Assembly (NCBI GenBank): GCA_963752335.1
Contig: CAVVXW010000003.1
Location: forward strand, 183,187-247,186
Direction: 5' to 3'
DNA length: 64,000 nt
From: an uncultured Acidimicrobiia bacterium
GTDB taxonomy: Bacteria > Actinomycetota > Acidimicrobiia > IMCC26256 > JAENVU01
Position numbers and translations under genes: made by a program. Below, one piece after another: positions 1 through 9,135 of the stretch (the first letter of the stretch is position 1; every line of letters starts with the position of its first letter). The notes beneath the pieces are model-generated. The model saw nothing but the letters and a program-made list of their open reading frames with translations, ran no database searches and was not told the origin of the DNA.

Positions 1-413
1 CAGAACCGCACTCCGTAGGTGTAGCCGTGGCGGTTGGTGCGCACGTGGGGGTCGCCGGCTGCTCCCTGCTGGGCGATCTTGCCGAGGATGATGACGCCGG
101 TCGGGCAGCGGTCGACGCAGAGGGCGCAGCGCGTGCACACGTCCTCGTCGACGATGAACGCGACGTGGTCGCGCGGGTCCTCGCCCGGACGCTCCGTGCC
201 GACGGCGGCGTCGATCGCACCCACCGACACCATGTGGATGCACTTCCACGGGCAGATGTCGACGCAGCCCTCGCACATGATGCACTCGGCCTGGTCGATG
301 TGGAGGAACTGCTTCGGCTTCACCGACTGCGTGAGGAAGGCCGGGTCGACCTCCTGGAGGACGTAGTCGGTCACGAACTCCGGCATCGGCGGGTTCGCGT
401 CGGTCTTGGCCAT
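1..413 (-). CDS. 4Fe-4S dicluster (ferredoxin-type) domain protein; 3' end runs off the window
   Basis: Own minus-strand translation from ATG at 413: MAKTDANPPMPEFVTDYVLQEV... It has two CxxCxxCxxxCP motifs (CIMCEGCVDICP and CTRCALCVDRCP). It is absent from the ORF track because there is no stop inside the window. Its ATG lies 1 nt after the TGA (415-417) of the upstream gene. Confidence 0.7.
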   Translation of the reverse strand, partial: MAKTDANPPMPEFVTDYVLQEVDPAFLTQSVKPKQFLHIDQAECIMCEGCVDICPWKCIHMVSVGAIDAAVGTERPGEDPRDHVAFIVDEDVCTRCALCVDRCPTGVIILGKIAQQGAAGDPHVRTNRHGYTYGVRF

Positions 414-414
414 C

Positions 415-987
415 TCAGGCCTTGGCCTTCAGCGGCCGGCCGAAGCGCGACGTGCCCGCCTCGACGGGGGTGCGCTCCGCGGCTTCGGACACCGTGGGTC
501 GCTTCTGCCAGAGCACGAACATCGCGATGTTGAGTCCGAAGAAGATCAGGTAGATGACCACGACCAGGGGGTCGCGCAGGCCGTGCTGGAGGTCGATCGA
601 GAACGGCCAGTTCCAGGACTTCATGAACGGGATCGGGGTCGTGGACTTGATGATGTACCGGTTCGTCGCGAGACCCCAGTACTTGTCGGACGCACCGATG
701 AACTCGCTCGGGATGATCGCGTAGGTGAGGAGGAACAGCGCGAACACGTACAGCGAGCCGGCCATGGCCTCGGCCCAGGTGGTCGGACGGTCGGGCTTGG
801 GGGTGCGCATGCGCCAGATCGCCAGTCCGATCATGACGAGCGCGATGAGGGTGAACCAGATCAGCCGACCGTTCGGCCGGAAGAAGTGCCAGTCGGGCAG
901 CAGGTTGGGCATGGTGCCGCGAGTCTCCTCCTCGGTCCGAGTCGACATCCCCCTCTTGAGGTCGTCCTCGGCCCTTCCTCCGGGCAT
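415..987 (-). CDS. hypothetical integral membrane protein (about 4 hydrophobic helices)
   Basis: ORF 415..987 with diverse amino-acid composition and hydrophobic segments (LIWFTLIALVMIGLAIW, LYVFALFLLTYAIIP, LVVVIYLIFFGLNIAMFVLW). It is tightly coupled to the downstream 4Fe-4S gene. The start could instead be an internal Met (codon 14 or 26). Confidence 0.55.
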   Translation of the reverse strand: MPGGRAEDDLKRGMSTRTEEETRGTMPNLLPDWHFFRPNGRLIWFTLIALVMIGLAIWRMRTPKPDRPTTWAEAMAGSLYVFALFLLTYAIIPSEFIGASDKYWGLATNRYIIKSTTPIPFMKSWNWPFSIDLQHGLRDPLVVVIYLIFFGLNIAMFVLWQKRPTVSEAAERTPVEAGTSRFGRPLKAKA

Positions 988-1117
988 TTCTCTACCACGC
1001 TAGATCGCGCAGCGACACATTGTGCGATCCGCGCGACCGCCGTGTCCGATCGCGCCGATCGCGACCCGCGACCGGGGTGGTGTGCCGGGTCACGCGTGGA
1101 CGTGGAACGATGCCGGG

Positions 1118-2428
1118 GTGAACGAGCGCGGGCCCGAGCGGGTCGACGTCCTGGTGGTCGGCGCCGGCCCCGCGGGAGCGGCCGCGGCGTACTGGCTCGC
1201 AGAGCGCGGCCACTCGGTCGTGGCCGTCGAGAAGAAGCGCTTCCCCCGGGAGAAGACCTGCGGCGACGGCCTCACCCCGCGTGCCGTGCGCCAGCTCGAC
1301 GACATGGGGCTCGCGGACCAGCTGACCGAGTTCCACCGGTACGACGGCCTGCGCTCGATCGCACACGGGATCACGCTCGAGCTCGCGTGGCCCGAGCACC
1401 CGGATTTCCCTTCCCACGGGTACGTCGTGCGCCGACGGGACCTGGACCGGATGGTCGCGGAGCGGGCGGCGAAGGCCGGTGCCACGATCCGGCAGGGGAC
1501 CGAGGCGCTCGCGCCGATCGTCGAGGCCGGCCTCGTGACGGGCGCGGTGCTGCGTCGGTCCGAGACCGGCACGACCGAGGCGGTGCGGGCGCGCTACGTG
1601 GTGGTGGCCGACGGCGCGAACTCCCGCTTCGGGCGGGCGCTGGGCACCGCGCGGGACCGCTCGTACCCGATGGGCATGGCGATTCGCGGCTACTACACCA
1701 GTCCGTTCCACGACGAGACCTGGATCGAGTCCCATCTCGACCTGCGGGACCGGGACGGGAACCACATGCCCGGCTACGGATGGATCTTCCCGGTCGGCGA
1801 CGGCACGGTGAACGTGGGCGCGGGCCTGCTGGACACCTTCACCGGCTTCACCGCGGTGAACACCACCCGACTGCTCGACGCCTTCGTCGCCACCGCGCCC
1901 GCCCGGTGGGGCCTCTCCCCCGAGTCGGCGTGCGGTGCGCCGACCGGCGGGCGCCTCCCGACCGGCGGCTCGGTGCTCCCCAAGGTCGGCCCGACGTGGA
2001 TCGTCGCGGGGGACGCGGCCGGTTCGATCAACCCCTTCAACGGGGAGGGCATCGCCTACGCCTACGAAACCGGGCGAATGGTGGCGGAAACGGTCAGTGA
2101 GGCGCTCACCACGGGCGACGGGCTGGCGCTCGCCCGCTACCCGGCGCGGCTCGAGGAGACCTACGGGCTCTACTTCAAGGTGGCGCGGACCTTCGTGAAG
2201 CTGATCGGCAATCCCGGCGTCATGCGGGAGCTGACCCGGGTGGGGATGCATTCGCGCCCACTGATGGAGTGGGTGCTGCGGATCATGGCCAATCTCCTGC
2301 GTCCGGACGAGATCGGGCCGGCGGAAGCGGCGTACGCGGCCGTCGAGCGCATCGTCGCCGTCCTCCCCGAGCCGACCGGTCGCGTTTCGGGCTCGAGCGG
2401 ACGACGGATCGATCCGATAGCTGGGTGA
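1118..2428 (+). CDS. geranylgeranyl reductase family FAD-dependent oxidoreductase (MenJ-like)
   Basis: ORF 1022..2428. Motifs: VDVLVVGAGPAGAAAAYWLAERG dinucleotide-binding motif, EKTCGDGLTPRA, AGDAAGSINPFNGEGI. The start is placed at in-frame GTG 1118, which leaves room for divergent promoters; 1022 remains possible. Confidence 0.8.
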   Translation: MNERGPERVDVLVVGAGPAGAAAAYWLAERGHSVVAVEKKRFPREKTCGDGLTPRAVRQLDDMGLADQLTEFHRYDGLRSIAHGITLELAWPEHPDFPSHGYVVRRRDLDRMVAERAAKAGATIRQGTEALAPIVEAGLVTGAVLRRSETGTTEAVRARYVVVADGANSRFGRALGTARDRSYPMGMAIRGYYTSPFHDETWIESHLDLRDRDGNHMPGYGWIFPVGDGTVNVGAGLLDTFTGFTAVNTTRLLDAFVATAPARWGLSPESACGAPTGGRLPTGGSVLPKVGPTWIVAGDAAGSINPFNGEGIAYAYETGRMVAETVSEALTTGDGLALARYPARLEETYGLYFKVARTFVKLIGNPGVMRELTRVGMHSRPLMEWVLRIMANLLRPDEIGPAEAAYAAVERIVAVLPEPTGRVSGSSGRRIDPIAG

Positions 2429-3585
2429 TGGCAGCCATGGACGTGGCCGAGGCGCTGCCCGACGTCGGCCGGCTCCTCATGCTCAACGAGAACCTCGGTG
2501 GGCACGCCACGATGCACCTCAACATCTACCGGGCGCTCGCGGAGCACCCGGAGGTGGATTTCGTCGCGCTCGACGTCCCGCCGCGGTCGCTGGCGCGCCG
2601 GATCGCGGGCCTGCGCCTCCCCGGCCTGTCCCGCCTCGACATGGACCTCGCGTCGGTCCGGGCCCAGCTCGCCATCTCCACGACGGGGCACCGGTTGCTG
2701 CAGGCGGCGATCGCCGACGGCCCGGTCGGCGCCATCCACGCCTACTCGCAGCACGTCGCGCTCCGAGCGGTGGACGAGCTCCGCGCCTACCCGTCGGTGG
2801 TGTCGACGGACGGGTCCGCCGCGCAGAACGCGGTGCAGCTCCCTTTCCGACGGCCGGGCCGGTTCACACCGATGACCGCGCGGGTCGGCGAGCGGTTCGA
2901 GGCCAAGGTGTTCGACGCCGCGACCATCGTGGTCGCGCAGTCCGAGTGGTGTGCGCGCGCGATCCGCGAGCGCTATGCCCTCGACGACGACCGGCTCCGG
3001 GTGATCCCGTTCGGGATCTTCCCGCCCGACCCCGTCGAGGACGGTCCGGAGGATCCCGATGCGCTTCCCGAGGTCACCTTCACCGGGAACTCGATGGACC
3101 GCAAGGGCGGGTGGGCATTGCTCCGGGCCTTCCGGTCGCGTCTGCGCGGCACGTGTGTCCTCAACCTGGTCACCCCCGAGCCGATCCCGCCCGAGCCCGG
3201 CGTCCGGGTGTTCTCCGACGTACGTCCCGGCGATCGTCGACTCGTGACGATGCTCGCGCGCTCGGCGGTGTTCGCCTTCCCGAGCGAGATCGACAAGTCG
3301 CCGTACTCGGTGCTCGAGGCGATGTTCGCGGGCCTGCCCGTGGTGTCCACCCCCGTCGGGGGGATCCCCGAGATGGTCCTGGACGGCGAGACGGGCATCC
3401 TGGTCCCGCCGGGTGACGACACCGCGATCGGTGCTGCGATCGAGCGATTGCTGAGCGACGACGGCCTGCGTCGTCGGATGGGACGCGCCGGGCACGAGCG
3501 CGCACATCGCCATTTCGACGCGCGCACCACGACCGCGACGCTGATCGGCACGATCGCGGAGGCGCGGGAACGGCACGCGTCCTGA
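2428..3585 (+). CDS. glycosyltransferase family 4 (GT-B fold)
   Basis: ORF 2269..3585 trimmed to ATG 2428, which overlaps the upstream TGA by 1 nt. The C-terminal signature is FAFPSEIDKSPYSVLEAMFAGLPVVSTPVGGIPEMV..GETGILV. Confidence 0.8.
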   Translation: MAAMDVAEALPDVGRLLMLNENLGGHATMHLNIYRALAEHPEVDFVALDVPPRSLARRIAGLRLPGLSRLDMDLASVRAQLAISTTGHRLLQAAIADGPVGAIHAYSQHVALRAVDELRAYPSVVSTDGSAAQNAVQLPFRRPGRFTPMTARVGERFEAKVFDAATIVVAQSEWCARAIRERYALDDDRLRVIPFGIFPPDPVEDGPEDPDALPEVTFTGNSMDRKGGWALLRAFRSRLRGTCVLNLVTPEPIPPEPGVRVFSDVRPGDRRLVTMLARSAVFAFPSEIDKSPYSVLEAMFAGLPVVSTPVGGIPEMVLDGETGILVPPGDDTAIGAAIERLLSDDGLRRRMGRAGHERAHRHFDARTTTATLIGTIAEARERHAS

Positions 3586-3609
3586 CGGCGCGGGCTGGGG
3601 ACGGGCGCC

Positions 3610-4398
3610 TCACCACGCTCGTGCGGGCCGGGCCAGCTGGCGCGCGAGTCGGAACCGGTCGTGCGCCGGTCCGATGCAGAATCGCGGGATCGCGTGCGGA
3701 TCGGTCGTGGGCGTCACGCGGCCGAAGGTGAACGTGCATGCCGCGCGGTATCCCTCGGATCGGGCCGCGGCCTCCGAGGCCGGGTCGTGGTGGCCGAAGG
3801 GATACGCGAGCAGGTCCGTGATCCCTCCCGCCGCTCCCAACCATTCCCGCGGTCCTCGGAGCTCGACGATCCGTGTCTCCGAATCCGTGTCCGGCAGCGA
3901 CACGTGGTGCGCGGTGTGCGAGGCCAGCGTGACGAGTCCGGACGCCGAGAGCTCGTGCAGCTCCGCCGCGGTCATCGTGCGGGCCGCTCCCGGCCAGAAC
4001 GGAGGATCGATGCCGAGCACGGCGGTGACCACGAACACCGTGGCCGGAACGCCGTGTTCCTCGAGGACCGGCGCGGCGTCCCGGCCGACACCGACGAGTG
4101 CGTCGTCGAAGGTCACCGCGACCAGGCCGTCGAGATCCCGCCCCCCGAGGAGTCGGTCGACGATCTCACCGAGGGGCACGAACGTCAGACCCCAGGCGCG
4201 GATCCAGGCGATGTGCTGCTCGAGCAGCCGCGGCGAGACGTAGTAGTCGGTCGTGTTGTCGGCGTCGTCGCCCACGTCGTGGTAACAGAGCACCGCCGCG
4301 CCGTGCCCGCGGACCGGGAGCGAACGGCCTGCGGCCGCGCGCACCGGGCCCGACAACCCGCGCAGCTTGGACGGGATCGCGCGCGTCGGCGACATCAC
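3610..4398 (-). CDS. polysaccharide deacetylase (NodB-homology domain) family protein
   Basis: ORF 3610..4398. Motifs VAVTFDDALVGV, PATVFVV and HTAHHVSL are typical of the NodB/CE4 fold. Confidence 0.75.
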   Translation of the reverse strand: MMSPTRAIPSKLRGLSGPVRAAAGRSLPVRGHGAAVLCYHDVGDDADNTTDYYVSPRLLEQHIAWIRAWGLTFVPLGEIVDRLLGGRDLDGLVAVTFDDALVGVGRDAAPVLEEHGVPATVFVVTAVLGIDPPFWPGAARTMTAAELHELSASGLVTLASHTAHHVSLPDTDSETRIVELRGPREWLGAAGGITDLLAYPFGHHDPASEAAARSEGYRAACTFTFGRVTPTTDPHAIPRFCIGPAHDRFRLARQLARPARAW

Positions 4399-4444
4399 CT
4401 CAGGCTAGGGCCGACCCGGTCGAGCTCGGGCACGAGCTCGGCGC

Positions 4445-5266
4445 TCAGGAGGCGACGACGGCCCGGGTCGAGCGCACGACGGCCCGGGTGAGCTCGGCCT
4501 CGGTCGTGGCCTGGAGCGTGACGTCCTCGGTCGCGTTGCCGTACCCGGCGAGGAGGTCGGACGCGTTGGGGAACACCCACACCGTCTCGACGGTCGTGAT
4601 CCAACCGATGTCCGTCCCCCCAACCGCGTCCCCGGACCGGCGGTGCGTGACCACGCGACCGGCGTCGAGCACCCGCTGGTCCTCCAGGGTGGTGGGCACG
4701 TTGGCCGCCACCGCTCCGAACGAGTTCCGAATCTTCTGGACGGTGCGGCTGATCTGGCGGATCTCGGTCCGGAGCGCGGCCGTCGGCGACCACGCGGTCG
4801 CGCGCGCCAGCCATCCGGCGAAGCTCCGGGCGTCGCTCGCGGCCAGCTCCACAACGTTCGGGTGCGGGGCGTGCTCGTCGACGAGCAGTCCCTCCAGCAG
4901 GAACGCGTTCCGCGACAGGATCTCGTAGGGCCGGTACCGCTGGACCGAGCACGTCGTCTCGGCATCGAGCGCCACGGTGAAGAGGGTGACGTGCGGCGGG
5001 CGCGGCGCGCGCGTCTCCGCGTCGACGACACCGCGGGCGATGAGCGATCGCACGAGCGCGTCGTTGACGATCGTGCGCTCGTGATCCGTCCGGGGCCGGG
5101 AGTCGTCCCATGGCACCCCGGGGAACGCGCCGCGGCCCCGCAGACCCGCGACGGCGTGGAGCTCGTCGACGGAATAGCGCTCGCAGGTCGCGAGCAGCAT
5201 CGCGTCGTCCACCGACGACGCGTCGTCGGTTCGTTCGTGTCCGTGGAGCAGGCGCACCGTGACCAC
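4445..5266 (-). CDS. hypothetical protein
   Basis: Of three overlapping minus-strand ORFs here, only the 4445..5506 frame has protein-like composition (N, I, F, K, Q present); the other two are R/P/G/A-rich shadows. The start is uncertain; it is placed at GTG 5266 because the first 80 codons look non-coding. Confidence 0.4.
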   Translation of the reverse strand: MVTVRLLHGHERTDDASSVDDAMLLATCERYSVDELHAVAGLRGRGAFPGVPWDDSRPRTDHERTIVNDALVRSLIARGVVDAETRAPRPPHVTLFTVALDAETTCSVQRYRPYEILSRNAFLLEGLLVDEHAPHPNVVELAASDARSFAGWLARATAWSPTAALRTEIRQISRTVQKIRNSFGAVAANVPTTLEDQRVLDAGRVVTHRRSGDAVGGTDIGWITTVETVWVFPNASDLLAGYGNATEDVTLQATTEAELTRAVVRSTRAVVAS

Positions 5267-5505
5267 CAATCTCGGATCGTTCGGATGTCGAGCTCCGCCA
5301 CCGCGAGGTGCGCCCGGCCGGACGCTACCGGGTGACCCGACGACTCCGCCATGGGCCTTCCGGCGCTCCTCCGGAATGCTGCCGATCGAGCAGAAGCATC
5401 CCGACCGGGCGCCATGGCACGGTTCGCGGCTTCGCCCTCGGCACGCGACACCCGGCGGCGCGTCCGCGGCACACGGTCGCGCCGCGGACTCCATCGCGAG
5501 CCACA

Positions 5506-5536
5506 TTGCCGTCGGTGGACTGCGGTCAGATAGCCT
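5506..5536 (+). promoter_or_regulatory. candidate promoter of nuo operon 1 (TTGCCG-19 nt-TAGCCT)
   Basis: This is the only TANNNT hexamer with a TTG-type -35 in the 300-nt divergent spacer upstream of nuoA. The spacer is longer than optimal. Confidence 0.2.
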
Positions 5537-5576
5537 CGGCGCGAGGGTTCACCGGAGCGACGGAAGGGGAGTGAAC

Positions 5577-6044
5577 ATGGCGCAGTACCTGCCGATCCTG
5601 GCCATGGTCGTCCTCGTCATCCTGTTCGTGCTGGGGTCGTTCGTCGCGTCGATCGTGCTCGGGGTCAAGCGTCCGACTCGCGCCAAGACGATGCCGTACG
5701 AGTGCGGGATCGTTCCCGAGCGCGAGCCGGCCGAGCGCTTCCCCGTCAAGTTCTATCTGGTGGCGATGACCTTCATCGTCCTCGACGTCGAGATCATCTT
5801 CCTCTATCCGTTCGCGACCGTCTTCCGCAGTCTCGGCGGCTACGGCATCGCGGTCATGGGCGTCTTCCTGCTCGTCCTCATCGTCCCCTTCGCCTACCTC
5901 CTCAGCGTGGGAGCGCTCGACTGGGGTCCGGTACGCCAGGTCGCGAGCAGGGTGATCAGGCCGGTGCTGCGTGCGTCGGGTCGTCCCGATGGTGTCGCCC
6001 CGGTCGGGGTGTCCCAGGCCGACGAAGAGTCCGAGGCGGCGTAG
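5577..6044 (+). CDS. nuoA: NADH-quinone oxidoreductase subunit A (operon 1)
   Basis: Frame of ORF 5259..6044 trimmed to ATG 5577, which is preceded by GGAAGGGGAG. Motifs PYECG and [12 protein letters not shown]; three hydrophobic helices. Confidence 0.9.
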   Translation: MAQYLPILAMVVLVILFVLGSFVASIVLGVKRPTRAKTMPYECGIVPEREPAERFPVKFYLVAMTFIVLDVEIIFLYPFATVFRSLGGYGIAVMGVFLLVLIVPFAYLLSVGALDWGPVRQVASRVIRPVLRASGRPDGVAPVGVSQADEESEAA

Positions 6045-6046
6045 CC

Positions 6047-6613
6047 ATGGGTCTCGACGCGGTCCCCTACAACGTCCTCACGGGCCGGCTGGAGGACCTC
6101 GTCCGTTGGGCGCGCCGGAACTCGGTGATGCCGGCGACGTTCGGCCTTGCCTGCTGCGCGCTCGAGATGATGGCGACGGGCGCGGCGCACTACGACCTCG
6201 CCCGCTTCGGGATGGAGACCTTCCGGGCCAGCCCGCGTCAGGCCGACCTCATGATCGTCGCGGGACGCGTGAGCCAGAAGATGGCTCCGGTGCTGCGCCA
6301 GGTGTACGACCAGATGGTCGAGCCCAAATGGGTCATCTCGATGGGCGTCTGCGCGAGCAGCGGCGGCATGTTCAACAACTACGCCATCGTGCAGGGCGTC
6401 GATCAGATCGTTCCGGTGGACGTGTACGTGCCGGGCTGTCCCCCGGGGCCCGAGACCCTGCTCCACGGCATCGTCACGCTGCACGAGCTCATCCGCACGG
6501 GTGAGTTGCTCGCGCGGCGTACGGCGTCGCCGTCGGGAGGCGCCGGGATCGAGGTCGCCCAGCGCGACGGGGTTCCGGTCGAGCTCCCGACCCCCGAGCC
6601 GGCGGGCGCCTGA
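6047..6613 (+). CDS. nuoB: NADH-quinone oxidoreductase subunit B (operon 1)
   Basis: ATG 6047 lies 2 nt after the nuoA stop. Cluster N2 cysteine motifs [18 protein letters not shown] and VPGCPP. Confidence 0.93.
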   Translation: MGLDAVPYNVLTGRLEDLVRWARRNSVMPATFGLACCALEMMATGAAHYDLARFGMETFRASPRQADLMIVAGRVSQKMAPVLRQVYDQMVEPKWVISMGVCASSGGMFNNYAIVQGVDQIVPVDVYVPGCPPGPETLLHGIVTLHELIRTGELLARRTASPSGGAGIEVAQRDGVPVELPTPEPAGA

Positions 6614-6615
6614 CC

Positions 6616-7188
6616 ATGGCCGAGACGCCCGACGCGCCTCCTGCCGCCGACGCTCGTGAAGAACAGCACAAGCCGCCTCGGCCCTGGGACGAGGTGGCGG
6701 CGGCGCTCTGCGACCGCTTCGAGGGCTCGGTGTTCCGCGACTCGCACGGGCAGCCGGTCGTGTACGTCGAACGGCAGTGCTGGTCCGATGCCGCCCTCGC
6801 GCTGCGCGACGACGAGCAGTTCGCGACCTGTCTCGACCTGACCGCCGTCGACCATCTCCTCGACGCCGACCGGGTCGACGTGCCGGGCGTGCCGCTCGAG
6901 CGCTTCGAGGTGGTGGCCAACTTCCTCGCGCACGCGCGCAACCGGCGGATCCGGCTCATCGCCCAGGTGCCGGCCACCGATCCGCACATCGCGAGCCTCA
7001 CGCCGATCTATCCGGGCGTGGACTTCGCCGAACGCGAGGTGTACGACCTCTTCGGCATCGAGTTCCCGGGCCACCCGGAGCTCACACGCATCCTGATGCC
7101 CGACGACTGGGTCGGCCACCCCCTGCGCAAGGACGACGCGCCAGCACGCGTGCCCGTCACGTTCAAAGGCGACCCGAGCCCACGATGA
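6616..7188 (+). CDS. nuoC: NADH-quinone oxidoreductase subunit C (operon 1)
   Basis: ORF 6616..7188. AEREVYDLFGIEFPGHPELTRILMPDDWVGHPLRKD is the NuoC/30-kDa signature. Confidence 0.92.
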   Translation: MAETPDAPPAADAREEQHKPPRPWDEVAAALCDRFEGSVFRDSHGQPVVYVERQCWSDAALALRDDEQFATCLDLTAVDHLLDADRVDVPGVPLERFEVVANFLAHARNRRIRLIAQVPATDPHIASLTPIYPGVDFAEREVYDLFGIEFPGHPELTRILMPDDWVGHPLRKDDAPARVPVTFKGDPSPR

Positions 7189-8561
7189 GCGACATCGACG
7201 ACGAGCTGGAGACGGTCGACGTCGAGACCGACGAGTACCTCGACGACGACGTCGACGACCACGAGCCCGTCACCGAGGAGATGATCGAGCGCGAGCACGA
7301 GCGGCTCGAGCGCCAGACCGACGAGGGCGCGCAGCAGCTCGTGCAGGAGTCCGAGATCGTCGTCACCGGCGGACCGTGGCCCGAGCTCGAGGGCGAGTCC
7401 CAGACCATGGTCATCAACATGGGCCCGCAGCACCCGTCGACCCACGGAGTGCTGCGGATCATGCTGGAGCTCGACGGCGAGACCGTCGTGCGCGCCAAGC
7501 CGGTCATCGGCTACCTCCACACGGGCATGGAGAAGACCGCCGAGCAGCTCACCTATGTCCAGGGCGCCACCAACGTCACGCGTATGGACTACGCGTCCCC
7601 GATCGCGAACGAGATCGTGTTCTCGACGGCGGTCGAGCGCCTTCTCGACATCGAGGTGCCCGAGCGTGCGGTGTGGGCGAGGATGCTGCTCGCCGAGCTG
7701 AGCCGGATGGCATCGCACCTCCTGTTCCAGGCCACCAACGGCATGGACCTCGGGGCCGTCTCGATGATGCTCTACGGCTGGCGCGAGCGCGAGGAGACGC
7801 TGCGGGTCCTCGAGCTCATCACCGGGCTGCGCATGAACCACAACTTCGTCCGACCGGGTGGCGTCGCGGCCGACCTGCCCGACGGCTGGCAGCTCGCGTG
7901 CCTCGAGCTCTGCGAGCTCGTCGAGCGCGGGATCAACGAATACGACGAGCTGCTCACCGGGAACCCGATCTGGCTCGAGCGGATGGTCGGCGTCGGCGTC
8001 ATCACGACCGAGGAGGCGCTGGCGCTCGGGGCCACGGGACCCATCTTGCGCTCGACCGGATTCGCGTGGGACCTCCGCAAGGTGCAGCCGTACCTCGCGT
8101 ACGACCAGGTCGACTTCGACGTCATCTACACCGAGAACGGCGACTGCTTCGACCGGTACCGGATCCGCCTCTACGAGATCGCGGAGTCCGTCAAGATCGT
8201 GCGTCAATGCGTGGATCGCATGCCCGGTGGCGACTACCGGCTCCAGGACAAGAAGGTCACGCCGCCACCGCGGGCGCGCATCGACGAGTCGATGGAGGCG
8301 CTCATCCACCACTTCAAGCTCTTCACGGAAGGGTTCCGGGTCCCCGCCGGCGAGACCTACGTCGCGGTGGAGTCCCCGCGTGGTGAGGTCGGTTGCTACC
8401 TGGTCAGCGACGGGACGGGGAAACCCGTACGGCTCCACATCCGGGGACCGTCCTTCTACAACCTGGGGTCGATGCACCCGATGATCAAGGACCGCATGAT
8501 CGCCGACGGTGTCGCGATCGTGTCGAGCGTCGATCCGATCATGGGCGAGGTGGACCGATGA
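7185..8561 (+). CDS. nuoD: NADH-quinone oxidoreductase subunit D (operon 1), with an acidic N-terminal extension
   Basis: ATG 7185 overlaps the nuoC stop (ATGA). Motifs INMGPQHPSTHGVLRI and GYLHTGMEK; the protein ends ...DPIMGEVDR. Confidence 0.93.
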   Translation: MSDIDDELETVDVETDEYLDDDVDDHEPVTEEMIEREHERLERQTDEGAQQLVQESEIVVTGGPWPELEGESQTMVINMGPQHPSTHGVLRIMLELDGETVVRAKPVIGYLHTGMEKTAEQLTYVQGATNVTRMDYASPIANEIVFSTAVERLLDIEVPERAVWARMLLAELSRMASHLLFQATNGMDLGAVSMMLYGWREREETLRVLELITGLRMNHNFVRPGGVAADLPDGWQLACLELCELVERGINEYDELLTGNPIWLERMVGVGVITTEEALALGATGPILRSTGFAWDLRKVQPYLAYDQVDFDVIYTENGDCFDRYRIRLYEIAESVKIVRQCVDRMPGGDYRLQDKKVTPPPRARIDESMEALIHHFKLFTEGFRVPAGETYVAVESPRGEVGCYLVSDGTGKPVRLHIRGPSFYNLGSMHPMIKDRMIADGVAIVSSVDPIMGEVDR

Positions 8562-8650
8562 GCGGAACGGAGCCAGGGCCGGGAGTGGGGACGATGAGCG
8601 GAGCGGGGCCCGAACGGCCCGGCCCGCAGGGCCAGGAGTGGGGACGATGA
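8558..8650 (+). other. duplicated nuoD/nuoE junction containing a 30-codon ORF (MSGTEPGPGVGTMSGAGPERPGPQGQEWGR)
   Basis: ATG 8558 overlaps the nuoD TGA (ATGA), and TGA 8648-8650 overlaps the nuoE ATG (ATGA). GGAGTGGGGACGATGAGC occurs at 8582-8599 and again at 8635-8652. GATGAGCGGA(A/G)CGG occurs at 8557 and 8593. Confidence 0.3.
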
Positions 8651-9135
8651 GCTTCGATCCGACCAACGCGGCGAAGGCCGCCGAGATCGTCGCGCGGTAT
8701 CCGGACCCGCATTCGGCCATCCTGCCCCTCGCGCATCTCGCCCAGGATCAGGACGGCTACCTGAGCCTCGAGGCCATGCGCGAGATCGCGCGGTTGTGCG
8801 CCACGACGGCCGCCGACGTGCAGGGAGTCTGCAGCTTCTACACGATGTTCAAGCGCACTCCGTGCGGGAAGTACGTCGTCAGCGTGTGCACCAACGTGAC
8901 GTGCCTCGTCGTCGGTGGACCCGAGATCCTGGAGCACCTCGAGGACCGCTACGCGAACGACGACGACGTCTTCGTCGAAGAGGTCGAGTGCCTGGCGGCG
9001 TGCGGGAACGCGCCCGCCATGCAGGTGAACTACGAGTTCCACGAGCATCTGAACCCCGAGTTGGCCGAGGCCGTCGTGGACGACTACAAGTCGGGACGAC
9101 TCGTCGCACGCGGCGTCTCGGGAGGTGTGTCGTGA
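8647..9135 (+). CDS. nuoE: NADH-quinone oxidoreductase subunit E (operon 1)
   Basis: Frame of ORF 8509..9135 trimmed to ATG 8647, which has a GGAGTGGGGAC SD. 2Fe-2S cysteines lie in CGKYVVSVCTNVTC and VECLAACGNAP. Confidence 0.9.
   Translation: MSFDPTNAAKAAEIVARYPDPHSAILPLAHLAQDQDGYLSLEAMREIARLCATTAADVQGVCSFYTMFKRTPCGKYVVSVCTNVTCLVVGGPEILEHLEDRYANDDDVFVEEVECLAACGNAPAMQVNYEFHEHLNPELAEAVVDDYKSGRLVARGVSGGVS

Noticed and set aside
2283-5111. Multiple overlapping ORFs of 60-270 aa in alternative frames across the glycosyltransferase, deacetylase and hypothetical-gene region (for example 2170..3576 -, 3170..3844 -, 3661..4491 +, 4098..4928 +, 4405..5472 -).
   Set aside because: All have shadow-frame composition (R, P, G, A, S) and overlap frames that carry clear family motifs or protein-like composition.
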